Assembly: GCA_041685625.1 (NCBI GenBank)
Contig: JAWLFJ010000002.1
Span: 14,339-78,338, forward strand
Length of the DNA: 64,000 nt
From: Paracoccaceae bacterium
GTDB lineage: Bacteria > Pseudomonadota > Alphaproteobacteria > Rhodobacterales > Rhodobacteraceae
Reading direction: 5' to 3'
The notes under the pieces are model-generated. The model saw nothing but the letters and a program-made list of their open reading frames with translations, searched no databases and had not been told where the DNA came from. Each line of letters starts with the position of its first letter. Position 1 is the stretch's first letter. Of the stretch, positions 17,298-27,187 are shown piece by piece. Both the position numbers and the translations under genes were made by a program.

Positions 17298-18851
17298 TCA
17301 TTCGGGGGCGGGGCCGGGGAAGCTTTCGCGCAGCGCCCGCTTCAGGGCCTTGCCGGTGGGGTTGCGGGGGATCGCCTCGACGAAGGCGACGCCCTTGGGG
17401 CGCTTGAAGCGCGCGAGCCGGCCGTCGCAATGTGCGAGCACCGCCTCCGGCGTCACGCCCTCCCGCCCGGGGACGACGACGGCGAAGGGGCTCTCGCCCC
17501 AGCGCTCGGAGGGCTGGCCGATCACGGCGACGTCGGCGACGTCGGGGTGCGAGAGCAGGACGTCCTCGACCTCGGCCGGATAGACGTTCTCGCCGCCCGA
17601 GATGATCATGTCCTTGATGCGGTCGTGGATGGTCACGAAGCCCTCGGCGTCCATGATCGCGACGTCGCCGGTGTGCAGCCAGCCGTCGCGGAGGGTCTCG
17701 GCGGTGGCGTCGGGGCGCCTCCAGTAGCCGACCATGTTGTGCGGGCCGCGCACCAGCAGCTCCCCCGGCTCGCCCGGCGGCAGGTCGCGCCCCTCGGCGT
17801 CGACCACGCGCACCTCCGTCAGCAGGTAGCCGCGGCCGGTGGAGCCGGCGCGCTCCACCGCGTCGGCGCCGCCGATGTAGCAGCCGGGGCCGCAGGTCTC
17901 GGTCATGCCGTAGACCTGGTGGATCTCGATCCCGAGGTCGCGATAGGCCTCGATCAGCGTCACCGGGACCGGCGCGGCGCCGGAGAGGACGGCGCGGAGC
18001 GTCGAGCGGTCCGCCGTGTCGCGGTTCGGCGCCTTCAGCATGAAATTGAGCATCGCGGGGACGGCGAGGGTGACGGTGATCCGCTCCCGCTCGATGGCGT
18101 CCCACATCCCGGCGGGATCGAAGGTCCGCATCAGGACCGTGGTGACGCCGCGGGTGAGGCCGCTCGTCAGCGGCGTCAGCGCGCCGATGTGGAACAGGGG
18201 CAGGACCACGAGGTTGCGGTCGCGCATGTCCATGTCGGCGGTCAGCGAGACGTTGAGGATCGCCGCCGCCTTGGTGTCGTGGCTGTGCACGACGCCCTTG
18301 GGCCGGCCGGTGGTGCCGGAGGTGTAGACGATGAGGAGCGGGTCCTCGCCGGTGACGTGCGCGACGGCGGGCGGCGAGTCGGCCGGGCCGGCGCCGAAGC
18401 TCGCGGCGTAGGGGCGGCCGAGGCCGGCGGGACCCGAGGGGCTCTCGACCTCGATCCAGCGGCGGACGGGGAGCGCGCCGGCCTCGCCGGCGACCAGCGC
18501 TCCGACCGTCTCGGCGAATTCGCTCTCGAAGATCAGGGTCTCGGCCCCCGCGTCCGCGAGGATGAAGGCGAGTTCGGGCGCGGTGAGGCGCCAGTTGAGC
18601 GGCACGAGGATCGCGCCGAGGCGGGCGCAGGCGAAGAGCGCGTCGACGAATTCCGGGCCGTTGTGGAGGAGGAGGGCGACCCGGTCGCCCTTGCCGATCC
18701 CTTCGGCCGCCATCGCCGCGGCGACGCGGTCGATGCGGGCGTCGAGCGCGGCGTAGTCGAGGCGCAGGCCCGAGGCGAGATCGACCAGCGCCTCCTGCCG
18801 CGGCGCGATGCGCGCGCGGGCGCGCAGGACCTGTCCGAGCGTGCCGATCAT
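17298..18851 (-). CDS. AMP-dependent acyl-CoA synthetase/ligase
   Basis: 517 aa with the AMP-binding motif YTSGTTGRPKGV, plus GYWRRPDAT, TGD and a C-terminal PRNPTGK. Confidence 0.8.
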   Translation of the reverse strand: MIGTLGQVLRARARIAPRQEALVDLASGLRLDYAALDARIDRVAAAMAAEGIGKGDRVALLLHNGPEFVDALFACARLGAILVPLNWRLTAPELAFILADAGAETLIFESEFAETVGALVAGEAGALPVRRWIEVESPSGPAGLGRPYAASFGAGPADSPPAVAHVTGEDPLLIVYTSGTTGRPKGVVHSHDTKAAAILNVSLTADMDMRDRNLVVLPLFHIGALTPLTSGLTRGVTTVLMRTFDPAGMWDAIERERITVTLAVPAMLNFMLKAPNRDTADRSTLRAVLSGAAPVPVTLIEAYRDLGIEIHQVYGMTETCGPGCYIGGADAVERAGSTGRGYLLTEVRVVDAEGRDLPPGEPGELLVRGPHNMVGYWRRPDATAETLRDGWLHTGDVAIMDAEGFVTIHDRIKDMIISGGENVYPAEVEDVLLSHPDVADVAVIGQPSERWGESPFAVVVPGREGVTPEAVLAHCDGRLARFKRPKGVAFVEAIPRNPTGKALKRALRESFPGPAPE

Positions 18852-18997
18852 CGTCGTCCTCCCCTGGTCTTCGGCGAAGCTGGCACGCGGCGGGGTTCGC
18901 GGGAAGCGATTTCCGGGCGCTATGGCCTTCGGGCCGGCGAGGGGGCTAGCGTGGCGGCGGACCCGTGCGGGAGACGCGGGCGAGAGGGGAGGCCGCC

Positions 18998-20083
18998 ATG
19001 ATCGTCGCAGAGATCCGCACGCACCGCCTGCACGTGCCGTTCGCGGAGCCGCCGAAGACGGGGTTCCTCGACCTCTCCGACATCGACCTGCTGGTGGTCG
19101 AGGTCGAGACGCGGGACGGCGTGGTCGGGACCGGTCATCTGCATCCGCTGGCGGGCGGGATGCGGACCCTGGAGACCTGCGTGAAGGAGATGCTGGCGCC
19201 GCTGGTGGTGGGGGCGGATTGTTCCGACCCGAGGGCGGTGTGGGAGCGGATGCGCCTCGCCACCTTCATCCAGGGGCGGATGGGGATCACGACGATGGCG
19301 ATGTCGGCGATCGACGTGGCGCTCTGGGACGCCCTGGGGCGGACCGAGGGCGTGCCGCTGTGGAAGCTCTGGGGCGGGCGGATCGATCCGATCCCGGCCT
19401 ACGGCTCGGGCTGCTATCGGGGCCTCGGACGCGAGGGGATGATCGAGAAGGCGCGGCGCTTCGTCGATCAGGGCTACGACGCGATCAAGATGCAGGTCGC
19501 GCACGTCTTCAGCCATGACGAGGACGTGGCGAACGTGGCCGCGATGCGGGGCGCGCTGGGGGACGGCGTCCGGATCATGGTGGACGCCACCCAGGGCTGG
19601 ACGCCGGAGGAGGCGGCAACGGTGGGGCCGCGGCTGGACCCCTTCGGCCTCGAATGGCTGGAGGAGCCGGTGATGGCGGACGACTTCGCCGGCTACGCGA
19701 AGGTGGCCGATGCGGTGCGCACGCCGTTGGCGACGGGGGAGAACAACTGGGGGCCGAAGGACCTCGCGCCGTTCTTCGAGCGGCGGATGGCGGCGACGCT
19801 GCAGCCCGACGTGATGCGCGGCGGGTATACGGAGCTCTTCGAGGTGGCGAAGCGGGCGGAGGCGGCGGGCCTCTCCGTCGCGCCGCATCTGTTTCCGGAG
19901 CTGATGAGCCATCTGATGGCCGCGATCCCCAACGGGACGTGGCTGGAGTGGATGGGGTGGTTCGATCACCTCTGGGTCGAGCCGATGGTTCCCGAGGGCG
20001 GGCGCGTCGCGCCGCCGGACCGGCCGGGGCATGGGATGGATTTCCGGCCGGAGCTGTTCACCGAATTCAAGGCGAAGGACTGA
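18998..20083 (+). CDS. enolase-superfamily enzyme (mandelate racemase/muconate lactonizing family), paralog 1
   Basis: Start at MIVAEIRTH behind GAGAGGGGA. Metal-ligand context MVDATQGW, LEWLEEP and LATGEN. Confidence 0.75.
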   Translation: MIVAEIRTHRLHVPFAEPPKTGFLDLSDIDLLVVEVETRDGVVGTGHLHPLAGGMRTLETCVKEMLAPLVVGADCSDPRAVWERMRLATFIQGRMGITTMAMSAIDVALWDALGRTEGVPLWKLWGGRIDPIPAYGSGCYRGLGREGMIEKARRFVDQGYDAIKMQVAHVFSHDEDVANVAAMRGALGDGVRIMVDATQGWTPEEAATVGPRLDPFGLEWLEEPVMADDFAGYAKVADAVRTPLATGENNWGPKDLAPFFERRMAATLQPDVMRGGYTELFEVAKRAEAAGLSVAPHLFPELMSHLMAAIPNGTWLEWMGWFDHLWVEPMVPEGGRVAPPDRPGHGMDFRPELFTEFKAKD

Positions 20084-20086
20084 CCG

Positions 20087-21178
20087 ATGCGGGTGACCAA
20101 GGCGGAGGTGCGGCGGCTGAGGATCCCGTTCCAGGACGGGGGCGCCGGCGAGGGGCTGTTTCCGGGGACGTTCAAGGCGGCGGACTGCGTGCTGCTCCGG
20201 CTCGAGACCGACGCCGGGCTGGTCGGCTGGGGCGAGGCCTTCGGGCATTTCTGCGCCGAGAGCGTCGCGGCGATGCTGGAGCGCGCGGTCTGCCCGCTGC
20301 TGATCGGGACGGAGCCGGAGGATCCGGCGGCGGCGACCGAGGATCTCCAGCGCCGGCTGCATCTGATCGGGCGCTACGGGGTGACGATGTTCGCGATCTC
20401 GGCGGCGGACATCGCGCTCTGGGATCTGGCGGCGAAGGCGGAGGGGGTGAGCCTCGCCGAGCTGATCGGCGGGCGGCGGCGGGGGGACCTGCCGGCCTAT
20501 GCCTCGCTGGTGCGCTACGGCGATCCGGCGCTGGTGGCGGAGAAGGCGGCGGAGGCGGTGGGGCGCGGCTATTCCGTGCTGAAGCTGCACGAGATCACGC
20601 TGGAGGCGATCCGGGCGGGGCGCGAGGGCGGCGGGGACGTTCCGCTGACGGTGGACGTCAACTGCAACTGGAGCGCGGAATGGGTGCTGGACTGGGCGCC
20701 GGCGCTGCGCGACGTCGGGCTGCACTGGCTGGAGGAGCCGATCTTCCCGCCCGAGGACTTCGCCGCGCTGGCGCGGCTCCGGCGCGAGACGGGGATCCCG
20801 CTGGCGGCGGGCGAGAACCTCTGCACGGCGGTGCAGTACCGGGAGATGATCGCGGCCGGCGCGGTGGACTTCGTGCAGCCGAGCGTCACCAAGTCGGGCG
20901 GCGTCACCGAGACGCTGGCGGCGCGGGCGGCGGCGCAGGCCGCGGGGCTGCGGGTGGCGCAGCATTCGCCGTATTTCGGGCCGGGCTATCTCGCGACCCT
21001 GCAGATCCTGGCGGCGGCGGAGGACGAGGAGCTGTTCGAGTATCTCTACGTCGAGCGCGACCGCGAACTCTATCGCGGGCTGCCGACGCCGGAGGGCGGG
21101 CGCATCGCCGTGCCGGACGGGCCGGGGCTGGGGATGGAGCCGGATCCCGAGGCGATGGTGCGGCTCGCCGCGGATTGA
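20087..21178 (+). CDS. enolase-superfamily enzyme (mandelate racemase/muconate lactonizing family), paralog 2
   Basis: 363 aa, starting 4 bp after paralog 1. Contains VDVNCNW, HWLEEP, LAAGEN and DFVQPSVTKSGG. Confidence 0.75.
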   Translation: MRVTKAEVRRLRIPFQDGGAGEGLFPGTFKAADCVLLRLETDAGLVGWGEAFGHFCAESVAAMLERAVCPLLIGTEPEDPAAATEDLQRRLHLIGRYGVTMFAISAADIALWDLAAKAEGVSLAELIGGRRRGDLPAYASLVRYGDPALVAEKAAEAVGRGYSVLKLHEITLEAIRAGREGGGDVPLTVDVNCNWSAEWVLDWAPALRDVGLHWLEEPIFPPEDFAALARLRRETGIPLAAGENLCTAVQYREMIAAGAVDFVQPSVTKSGGVTETLAARAAAQAAGLRVAQHSPYFGPGYLATLQILAAAEDEELFEYLYVERDRELYRGLPTPEGGRIAVPDGPGLGMEPDPEAMVRLAAD

Positions 21179-21194
21179 GGGGCGGCGGGCCGGC

Positions 21195-23183
21195 TCAGGC
21201 CCCGTCCGTGGCGACGCGGCCGCCGCGGCGCGGGAGGTGGCCGGCGACGAGGCGCAGCAGCGCGTCGCGCTGCACCGGCTTCATCAGGAAGGCGTCGTCG
21301 GCCGTGAGGCCGGCGCCGTTGATCGCGGCCTCGTTCGGATAGCCGGACATGAAGGCCACGGGCAGGCCCGGCCGGCGCGCGCGCAGCGCGTCGGCGAGGG
21401 CCGGGCCGTCCAGCGCGCCGGGCATCACCACGTCGGTCAGCAGGAGGTCGAAGGCGCCGCCGGCGGTCTCGAACATCTCGAGCGCGGCTCCGCCGGAGGC
21501 GGCCTCGGCCACGTCCAGCCCGGCTTCGCGCAGGATGCGCGCGATGACGCGCCGGATCGGCGCCTCGTCCTCGGCCAGCAGGACCCGCCCGGCGAGGCGG
21601 CGCGGCGCGGCGACCCGCGCCGGCTCCGGACGGCCCGACGCCGACGCCGCGCCGTCGCCCTCGAGGGCGGGGAGGAACAGCTTCACGGCGGTGCCGGCGC
21701 CCGGCTCGCTGTAGAGGCGCAGCGCGCCGCCGGACTGGCGCACGAAGCCCTCGACCATGGCGAGGCCGAGGCCGGAGCCCATCTGCGGCCCCTTGGTGGT
21801 GAAGAAGGGCTCCGTCACGCGGCCGAGGAACTCCCGCGGGATGCCCTGGCCGGTGTCGGTGACGGCGAGCATGACGTAACGGCCGGGTGCGATGGTCTCG
21901 TCGAGGCGCGCCACGTCGTCGGCGGAGATGTGGAGATCGGCCGTCTCGACCGTCAGCCGGCCGCCCTCGGGCATGGCGTCGCGCGCGTTGATGACGAGGT
22001 TGAGCAGCGCGCTCTCGAGGAAGGCGGGATCGACCTCCGTCGGCGGCAGCCCGCCGGCGAGGGCCAGGTCGAGCCGGATGCGATCGGGCAGGGCGCCGGC
22101 GAGGAGGCGGCGCATGTCGCGCACGGCCTCGTCGAGGTCGATCCGGCGGGGGGCGAGGTGGGACTGGCGCGCGAAGCTGAGCAGGCGCTGGGTCAGGTCG
22201 GCGCCGCGGCGGCAGGCGCGCAGGATCTCGAGGCGGCTCTCCTCGGCCTCGGCCGGGGCGCCCTCGAGGCCGAGCAGTTCGGCGTTGCCCATGACGATGG
22301 CGAGGAGGTTGTTGAAGTCGTGCGCGATGCCCCCGGCGATGCGCCCGACGGCCTCGAGCTTCTTCGCCTGGGCCAGCATCTCGCCCTGACGCTCGAGCTC
22401 CTCGCGCATGCGCATCTCGTCGGTGACGTCGAGCACGATGGTGTGCCAGAGGCGTCCGCCGTCCGGCATGGGCTGCGGGCGGCCGCGCCCGGCGAGCCAC
22501 TTGACGTCGCCCGCGGGGGTGCGGATCCGCCAACGATGGCTCCAGGGCGCGAGGTCGCGGCCGGCCGCCGCGGCGCTTTCGCGGAGCGCTTCGACGTCCT
22601 CGGGCAGGACGAGGTCCCAGAGCGCGGCAGGGTCGCCCTTCACCCGTTCGGCCGGAAGCTCCCAGATCGCCTCGCAGCCGGGGCTCATGTATTCGATGTC
22701 GGAGGTTCCGTCGGGGCGCTTGATGTAGCGGAAGATCGCGCCGGGCATGTCGCGCGCCACGGCCGCGAGGCGATCGCGCGTGTCGGCGAGGGCGGCGTTG
22801 GCCTCGACCTCCTCGGTGACGTCGGAGACCACGCCGTAGAGGGTCGCGCCGCGCGCGTCGTGCCGGTGCAGCGTGACGGTGGAGCGCAGGGTCCGCCAGG
22901 CCCCGGAGGCGTGGCGGAGACGGTATCGCGTGACCTTGGGCTCGCCGGTCTCGAGCTGGGCGGCGAAGTCCCGCTCTACGCGCTCGCGGTCCTCGGGGTG
23001 CAGGCGGGCGAGGAAGAAGGCGATGTCGGGCTGGAACCGCTCCTCGTCCTCGCCCAGCATCCCCAGCAGCCGCTCGCTCCAGTCGACGCGACCCGTGGCG
23101 GGTTCGAAGCGCCACATGCCGACATGTTCGCCCATGCAGGCGAGCATCGTCTCGGCCTTCTCTCCCTTGATGACGTTCAGCAT
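21195..23183 (-). CDS. hybrid sensor histidine kinase/response regulator (2 PAS, HisKA, HATPase, REC)
   Basis: Start MLNVIKGEK behind GGAGGGGAGG. H-box IAHDFNNLL, N/G boxes NLVINARDAM and DTGQGI...GSGLGL, and receiver LLLTDVVMPG. Confidence 0.8.
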   Translation of the reverse strand: MLNVIKGEKAETMLACMGEHVGMWRFEPATGRVDWSERLLGMLGEDEERFQPDIAFFLARLHPEDRERVERDFAAQLETGEPKVTRYRLRHASGAWRTLRSTVTLHRHDARGATLYGVVSDVTEEVEANAALADTRDRLAAVARDMPGAIFRYIKRPDGTSDIEYMSPGCEAIWELPAERVKGDPAALWDLVLPEDVEALRESAAAAGRDLAPWSHRWRIRTPAGDVKWLAGRGRPQPMPDGGRLWHTIVLDVTDEMRMREELERQGEMLAQAKKLEAVGRIAGGIAHDFNNLLAIVMGNAELLGLEGAPAEAEESRLEILRACRRGADLTQRLLSFARQSHLAPRRIDLDEAVRDMRRLLAGALPDRIRLDLALAGGLPPTEVDPAFLESALLNLVINARDAMPEGGRLTVETADLHISADDVARLDETIAPGRYVMLAVTDTGQGIPREFLGRVTEPFFTTKGPQMGSGLGLAMVEGFVRQSGGALRLYSEPGAGTAVKLFLPALEGDGAASASGRPEPARVAAPRRLAGRVLLAEDEAPIRRVIARILREAGLDVAEAASGGAALEMFETAGGAFDLLLTDVVMPGALDGPALADALRARRPGLPVAFMSGYPNEAAINGAGLTADDAFLMKPVQRDALLRLVAGHLPRRGGRVATDGA

Positions 23184-23346
23184 GGCCCTCCCCTCCGGCT
23201 CGGACGTCTCGTCCGATGGAACGGCGCCGCTTCGGGCCCCTGCGGCGCCGGCTTTCGGGCCGGGCCGTGACCTTTGCATTGCGCGGCGCCGCGACGGCGC
23301 CGTCAAGCGCCGATCGCGCGGCTTGACCTCGGCGCGGCGGGCCGGG

Positions 23347-24600
23347 ATGACGGAGGGCGAGGAGGCGCGGCGCATGGATCCGGTCAGGCGGCAGTACGAG
23401 GCCTATCCCTATCCCGAGCGGGATCCCGCCGACGAGGAACGGCGGCTGATCGTCGGCTCGCCCTCCGAGCCGGCCGAGATCGACCATCACCTGTTCGCCG
23501 GGCGGCGCGACTGGTCGCGGCCGTTCCGGGCGCTGGTGGCGGGGGGCGGCACCGGCGACGGGCTGGTGATGCTGGCGCAGAAGCTGGCGGATGCGGGCGT
23601 GCCGGCGGAGATCGTCTGGCTCGACCTCTCGGCGGCGGCGCGGGAGATCGCCGAGGCGCGGATGCGGGTGCGGGGGCTGTCGGCGCGGTTCCTGATCGGG
23701 GATCTGGCGACGGCGCCGGCGCTCGCCGCCGAGGAGGGGCGGTTCGACTACGTCGACTGCTGCGGGGTGCTGCATCACCTCGAGGATCCCGAGGCGGGCT
23801 TCCGGGCGCTGGCCGAGGCGATCCGGCCGGAGGGCGGGATCGGCTTCATGGTCTACGCGCCCTACGGGCGGAGCGGGGTCTACGAGCTGCAGGCGGGTTT
23901 CGGGGCGCTGTTCGCGGAGGATCCGCCGGAGGAGAAGGTGCGGCTGGCGAAGGCGGCGCTGGGGGCGCTGCCGGAGAGCAACCGGTTCCGGGGCAACCGG
24001 CTTCTGAGCGACCACAAGGCCTCGGACGCGGGGCTCTACGATCTGCTGCTGCACGCCCGCGACGTGCCCTTCGACGTGCCGCGGCTGCTGGCGGCGCTGG
24101 AGGGGGCGGGGCTCGGCCTCGCCGGCTGGGCGGAGGCGGCGCGCTACGATCCGGCGCCGATGCTGCCGGGGACGCCGGAGTTCCGGGAGCGGCTGGCGGC
24201 GATGGCGCCGGAGGCGCGCTGGGCGCTGGCGGAGCGGCTGGCGGGGGATCTCAAGATGCATGTGGGCTACGCGGCGCCGGCGGGGCGCGCGGCCAGGGCG
24301 CAGGCCGGTCTGACGGCCGAGGGCGTGCCGCGGCTGAACGCGGTCGACGGACGGGCGCTGGCGCGGCAGGTGGAGAGGCGCGGGGCGCTGAAGGTGGGGT
24401 TCGAGGGACGCTCGGTGACGCTGGAGATCCCGAAGCGCGCGGCCGGGGCGATCGCGCGGCTGGGGACGGGGCGGAGCTTCGGCGAGATCGCCGGGGCCGA
24501 GGGGATGGACTGGTTCGCCTTCGCGCAGGTCTTCGGGCCGGCCTTCCGGGCGCTGGTCTCGGCCAACCTCATGCGGGTCAGCCGCGGGATCGCGGGGTGA
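23347..24600 (+). CDS. class I SAM-dependent methyltransferase with a C-terminal extension
   Basis: YEAYPYPERDP N-terminus, SAM-binding ALVAGGGTGDG and DYVDCCGVLHHL. An alternative start lies at 23374. Confidence 0.7.
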   Translation: MTEGEEARRMDPVRRQYEAYPYPERDPADEERRLIVGSPSEPAEIDHHLFAGRRDWSRPFRALVAGGGTGDGLVMLAQKLADAGVPAEIVWLDLSAAAREIAEARMRVRGLSARFLIGDLATAPALAAEEGRFDYVDCCGVLHHLEDPEAGFRALAEAIRPEGGIGFMVYAPYGRSGVYELQAGFGALFAEDPPEEKVRLAKAALGALPESNRFRGNRLLSDHKASDAGLYDLLLHARDVPFDVPRLLAALEGAGLGLAGWAEAARYDPAPMLPGTPEFRERLAAMAPEARWALAERLAGDLKMHVGYAAPAGRAARAQAGLTAEGVPRLNAVDGRALARQVERRGALKVGFEGRSVTLEIPKRAAGAIARLGTGRSFGEIAGAEGMDWFAFAQVFGPAFRALVSANLMRVSRGIAG

Positions 24601-25496
24601 GCCGCCCGGGCTGGACGCTGGGGCATGTCCCGGTGGCGCCGTTCATGGCGGCGCGGACGGCGGTCGCGCCCGGGATCGGCCCGCTGGAGCCGGCGGCGTG
24701 GCTCTGCGTCGAGGAGGACTACGCGGCGCAGATGGCGCTGCGGGACGACCTGATCCTCGGGCCGGAGCGCGAGGATCTGGGGCCGGTGGCGATGACCGCC
24801 GGCGGGGAGGCGGCGGCGGCGGAGCTGTTGGAGGCGGTCGCCGAGGAGGTGGTCGCCCGGCACGGCGCGCGGCGCGAGGGCGGCGCGGTGGTGCGGCGCG
24901 ACGGGGTGCGCGTGGCGCTGGGGGGCGATCCGATCGCCGTCGCCGGGCGGCTGGCGCAGGAGGACTTCCTCGTCATGGAGAAGCCCGAAGGGGCGGCCGA
25001 GCACGTGCTGACCGCGGGCGTGCTGTGCTTTCCGGCGCATTGGCGGCTGGACGAGAAGATCGGCCGGCCGCTGCTGCGCATCCATCTGCCGGTGGCCGAA
25101 TATCCGGGCATGCTGGAGCGCAAGGTCCAGCGCTTCTTCGACGGGGTGAAGCCGGGGCGGCCGCTGATGCGGGCCAACTGGCACTTCGCCGCGAGTCCCG
25201 AGATCGTGACGCCCGCGCATGAGGCGGAGAAGCTGGCCAATTACGAGCGGCGCCTGTCCGCGGGGGGGCCGGCCTGGCTGCGGGTGGAGCGGCAGACGGT
25301 GCTGCGGCTGCCGCGCACCGGGGCGACGGTCTTCGGCGTGCGCACGCTGATGAGCGACGTCGAGGGGCTGAAGGCGGAGCAGTGGCGGGCGCTGGCGGAG
25401 CGCTTCGCGGAGATGCCCGAGGCGCAGCGGGCGCGCAAGGCCGGCCCGGCGCTCGTGGCGCGCGCGCGGGAGGCGGCGTCCGGATCCGCTCGGTGA
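24597..25496 (+). CDS. DUF3445 family protein (heme-dependent oxidative N-demethylase alpha-subunit-like)
   Basis: The GTG start overlaps the methyltransferase stop (GTGA). LAQEDFLVME, CFPAHWRLDEKIGRPLLRIHLPV, RANWHF and LRVERQTVLRLPRTG match the DUF3445 pattern. Confidence 0.7.
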   Translation: MSRPGWTLGHVPVAPFMAARTAVAPGIGPLEPAAWLCVEEDYAAQMALRDDLILGPEREDLGPVAMTAGGEAAAAELLEAVAEEVVARHGARREGGAVVRRDGVRVALGGDPIAVAGRLAQEDFLVMEKPEGAAEHVLTAGVLCFPAHWRLDEKIGRPLLRIHLPVAEYPGMLERKVQRFFDGVKPGRPLMRANWHFAASPEIVTPAHEAEKLANYERRLSAGGPAWLRVERQTVLRLPRTGATVFGVRTLMSDVEGLKAEQWRALAERFAEMPEAQRARKAGPALVARAREAASGSAR

Positions 25497-25834
25497 GACG
25501 GCGATCGAGGCGCGCGCGCGGCGCCTCCCTGCGGGTCGACCGCAGGGCGTCTCCCCCCGGCGAGCGGCGTCCCGCGGCCCGAAGCGCCGTCGAGGCAGGA
25601 CGCGGCGGCCGATCCGCGCCCTCCGCTCTCTCGAGCGGGGCGTCGGGGCGCGGCGCAAGATGCGGCGGGGCCTGCGGTGAGGGTGCGCCCGGGCGGTCGT
25701 CGGGAGGCGGCCTGGACTGGCGCGACAAGCGCTCCATCGTTAGCGAAGGAGCAATTTGCGGCGTTTATGACGCTTCCCGGAAGGGCGTATCGAGAGGCGA
25801 GCGCGATCGCCCGCGGCGGGCAGGAGAGGCGATC

Positions 25835-26806
25835 TTGAGCGATCGGGCGTTGGAGGACGAGGTCGGACGTCTCGCTGCGATCGAGCGCATGGGCGGCACG
25901 ATCCGGGCCTCGAAGCGGCTGCGGCTTCTGGCCGAATTCGCGCAAGAGGCCCTCCGCGTCCCGCTCGTGGCGCTCACCTTGGTCGACGAAGGACGGCAGC
26001 GGGTGTGCCTTAGCGCGAGGGGGCCGCTTGGCGACGGACCGCGCGAGGCCGCCTTCTGCGACCGCACGATCCGGGGCCGCGAGGTGCTGGTCGTGCCGGA
26101 CGCGGCCATGGATCTCCGCTTCGCCGACAGTCCCTACGTGACGGGGCCGCCGGGCATACGAGCGTATCTCGGCGCGCCGTTGACGACGGCCGAAGGCTAC
26201 AATCTGGGCGCCCTGTGCGCCATCGATCGCCGCCCGCGCGCCTTCGGGCGGGCCGAGGCGGCGCTGCTCGCGAGCCTCGCGCGCCGCTCGATCGAGGAGA
26301 TCGCGCGCGACGCGCCGCAGCGCGATCCTCTGACGGGAGCGCTTTCGGATGCGGCATGGACGGCGGCGGCGGCGGCGGAGATCGCGCGGGTGCGGCAGGA
26401 ACCGGAGCCGCGCCCGGCGACGCTTCTGCTGTGCCAGGCTCGCGGCATCGGCGAGGCGAACGTCGCCTACGGCCGGAGCGCCGGCGACGCCGGGCTGATC
26501 GCGACGGCCGCGGCGCTGGCGAGGGTCGCCGGTCCCGACGGCTGCGTGGGGCGGGTCGGGGGGACGCGCTTCGCCGCGGTGCTGCCCGGCCGCGACGCCG
26601 ATGCGGCCGCGACGCTCGGCGAGGCGGCGCGGGCGGGCGTGGCCGCGGCGCACACGGGACTGACGCCTCCGGGACTTCTCGGAGCCAGTTTCGGCGCGGC
26701 GGAACTGGCGCCGGCGATCGACGGACCGGATCTATGGCTGACGGCGGCGGACGTCGCGTTGTCTGCGGGACGCGAGGGCCGGCGCCGCCGCTGCGGCGTC
26801 GTCTGA
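25835..26806 (+). CDS. GAF domain protein with a degenerate GGDEF domain
   Basis: TTG start 6 nt after [11 protein letters not shown]-terminus (EDEVGRLAAIERMG..., FCDRTI, YLGAPL). The GGDEF domain has DPLTGALSD and GGTRF in place of GG(D/E)EF. Confidence 0.65.
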   Translation: MSDRALEDEVGRLAAIERMGGTIRASKRLRLLAEFAQEALRVPLVALTLVDEGRQRVCLSARGPLGDGPREAAFCDRTIRGREVLVVPDAAMDLRFADSPYVTGPPGIRAYLGAPLTTAEGYNLGALCAIDRRPRAFGRAEAALLASLARRSIEEIARDAPQRDPLTGALSDAAWTAAAAAEIARVRQEPEPRPATLLLCQARGIGEANVAYGRSAGDAGLIATAAALARVAGPDGCVGRVGGTRFAAVLPGRDADAAATLGEAARAGVAAAHTGLTPPGLLGASFGAAELAPAIDGPDLWLTAADVALSAGREGRRRRCGVV

Positions 26807-27135
26807 GGCGATCGCGGCGCGGTCGACGGTCGTCGCCGGCGGCGGTGCGGGCTCTTTCCGGCGTCGGCCGGGGGAGGCTCGCGGAGGCCGCGTCCGCCGC
26901 GGCGCGGAGGTGCGGGCGCGTCCGGCCTCCGCGGACACGGGGGGCGCCGTCTTCGGGTCCGGACGGAGGTCGGCGGCGCGCCTTCGAGCGGTCGACCTGG
27001 CCGCCGTCGGGCGAGCGGCTTGGCGGCCGTCGCGGTGACGGAGGCGAGGACCAGGTCGGCAGCGCCGTGAGCGTCGACGCCGTCGACGGCGCGCCTCGGG
27101 GCGTCGGCGAGCGGGCGACGGGAGCCGGAACGGAT

Positions 27136-27161
27136 GCGGGCGGGGCCGAGGCCCCGCCCGC
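27136..27161 (-). terminator. hairpin downstream of glnA (11-bp GC stem, 4-nt loop)
   Basis: GCGGGCGGGGC-CGAG-GCCCCGCCCGC lies 27 bp beyond the glnA stop. No clear U-tract follows. Confidence 0.5.
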
Positions 27162-27187
27162 GTCGCGTCTCCGCCCGCAGGGTCGGA

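Noticed and set aside
25767-25838. A 23-codon upstream ORF (MTLPGRAYREASAIARGGQERRS) whose TGA overlaps the TTG start of the GAF/GGDEF gene.
   Set aside because: The nearest Shine-Dalgarno-like AAGGAG is 15 nt from the ATG, which is too far. The peptide has no distinctive features. It is plausibly chance and is mentioned only in the GGDEF finding.
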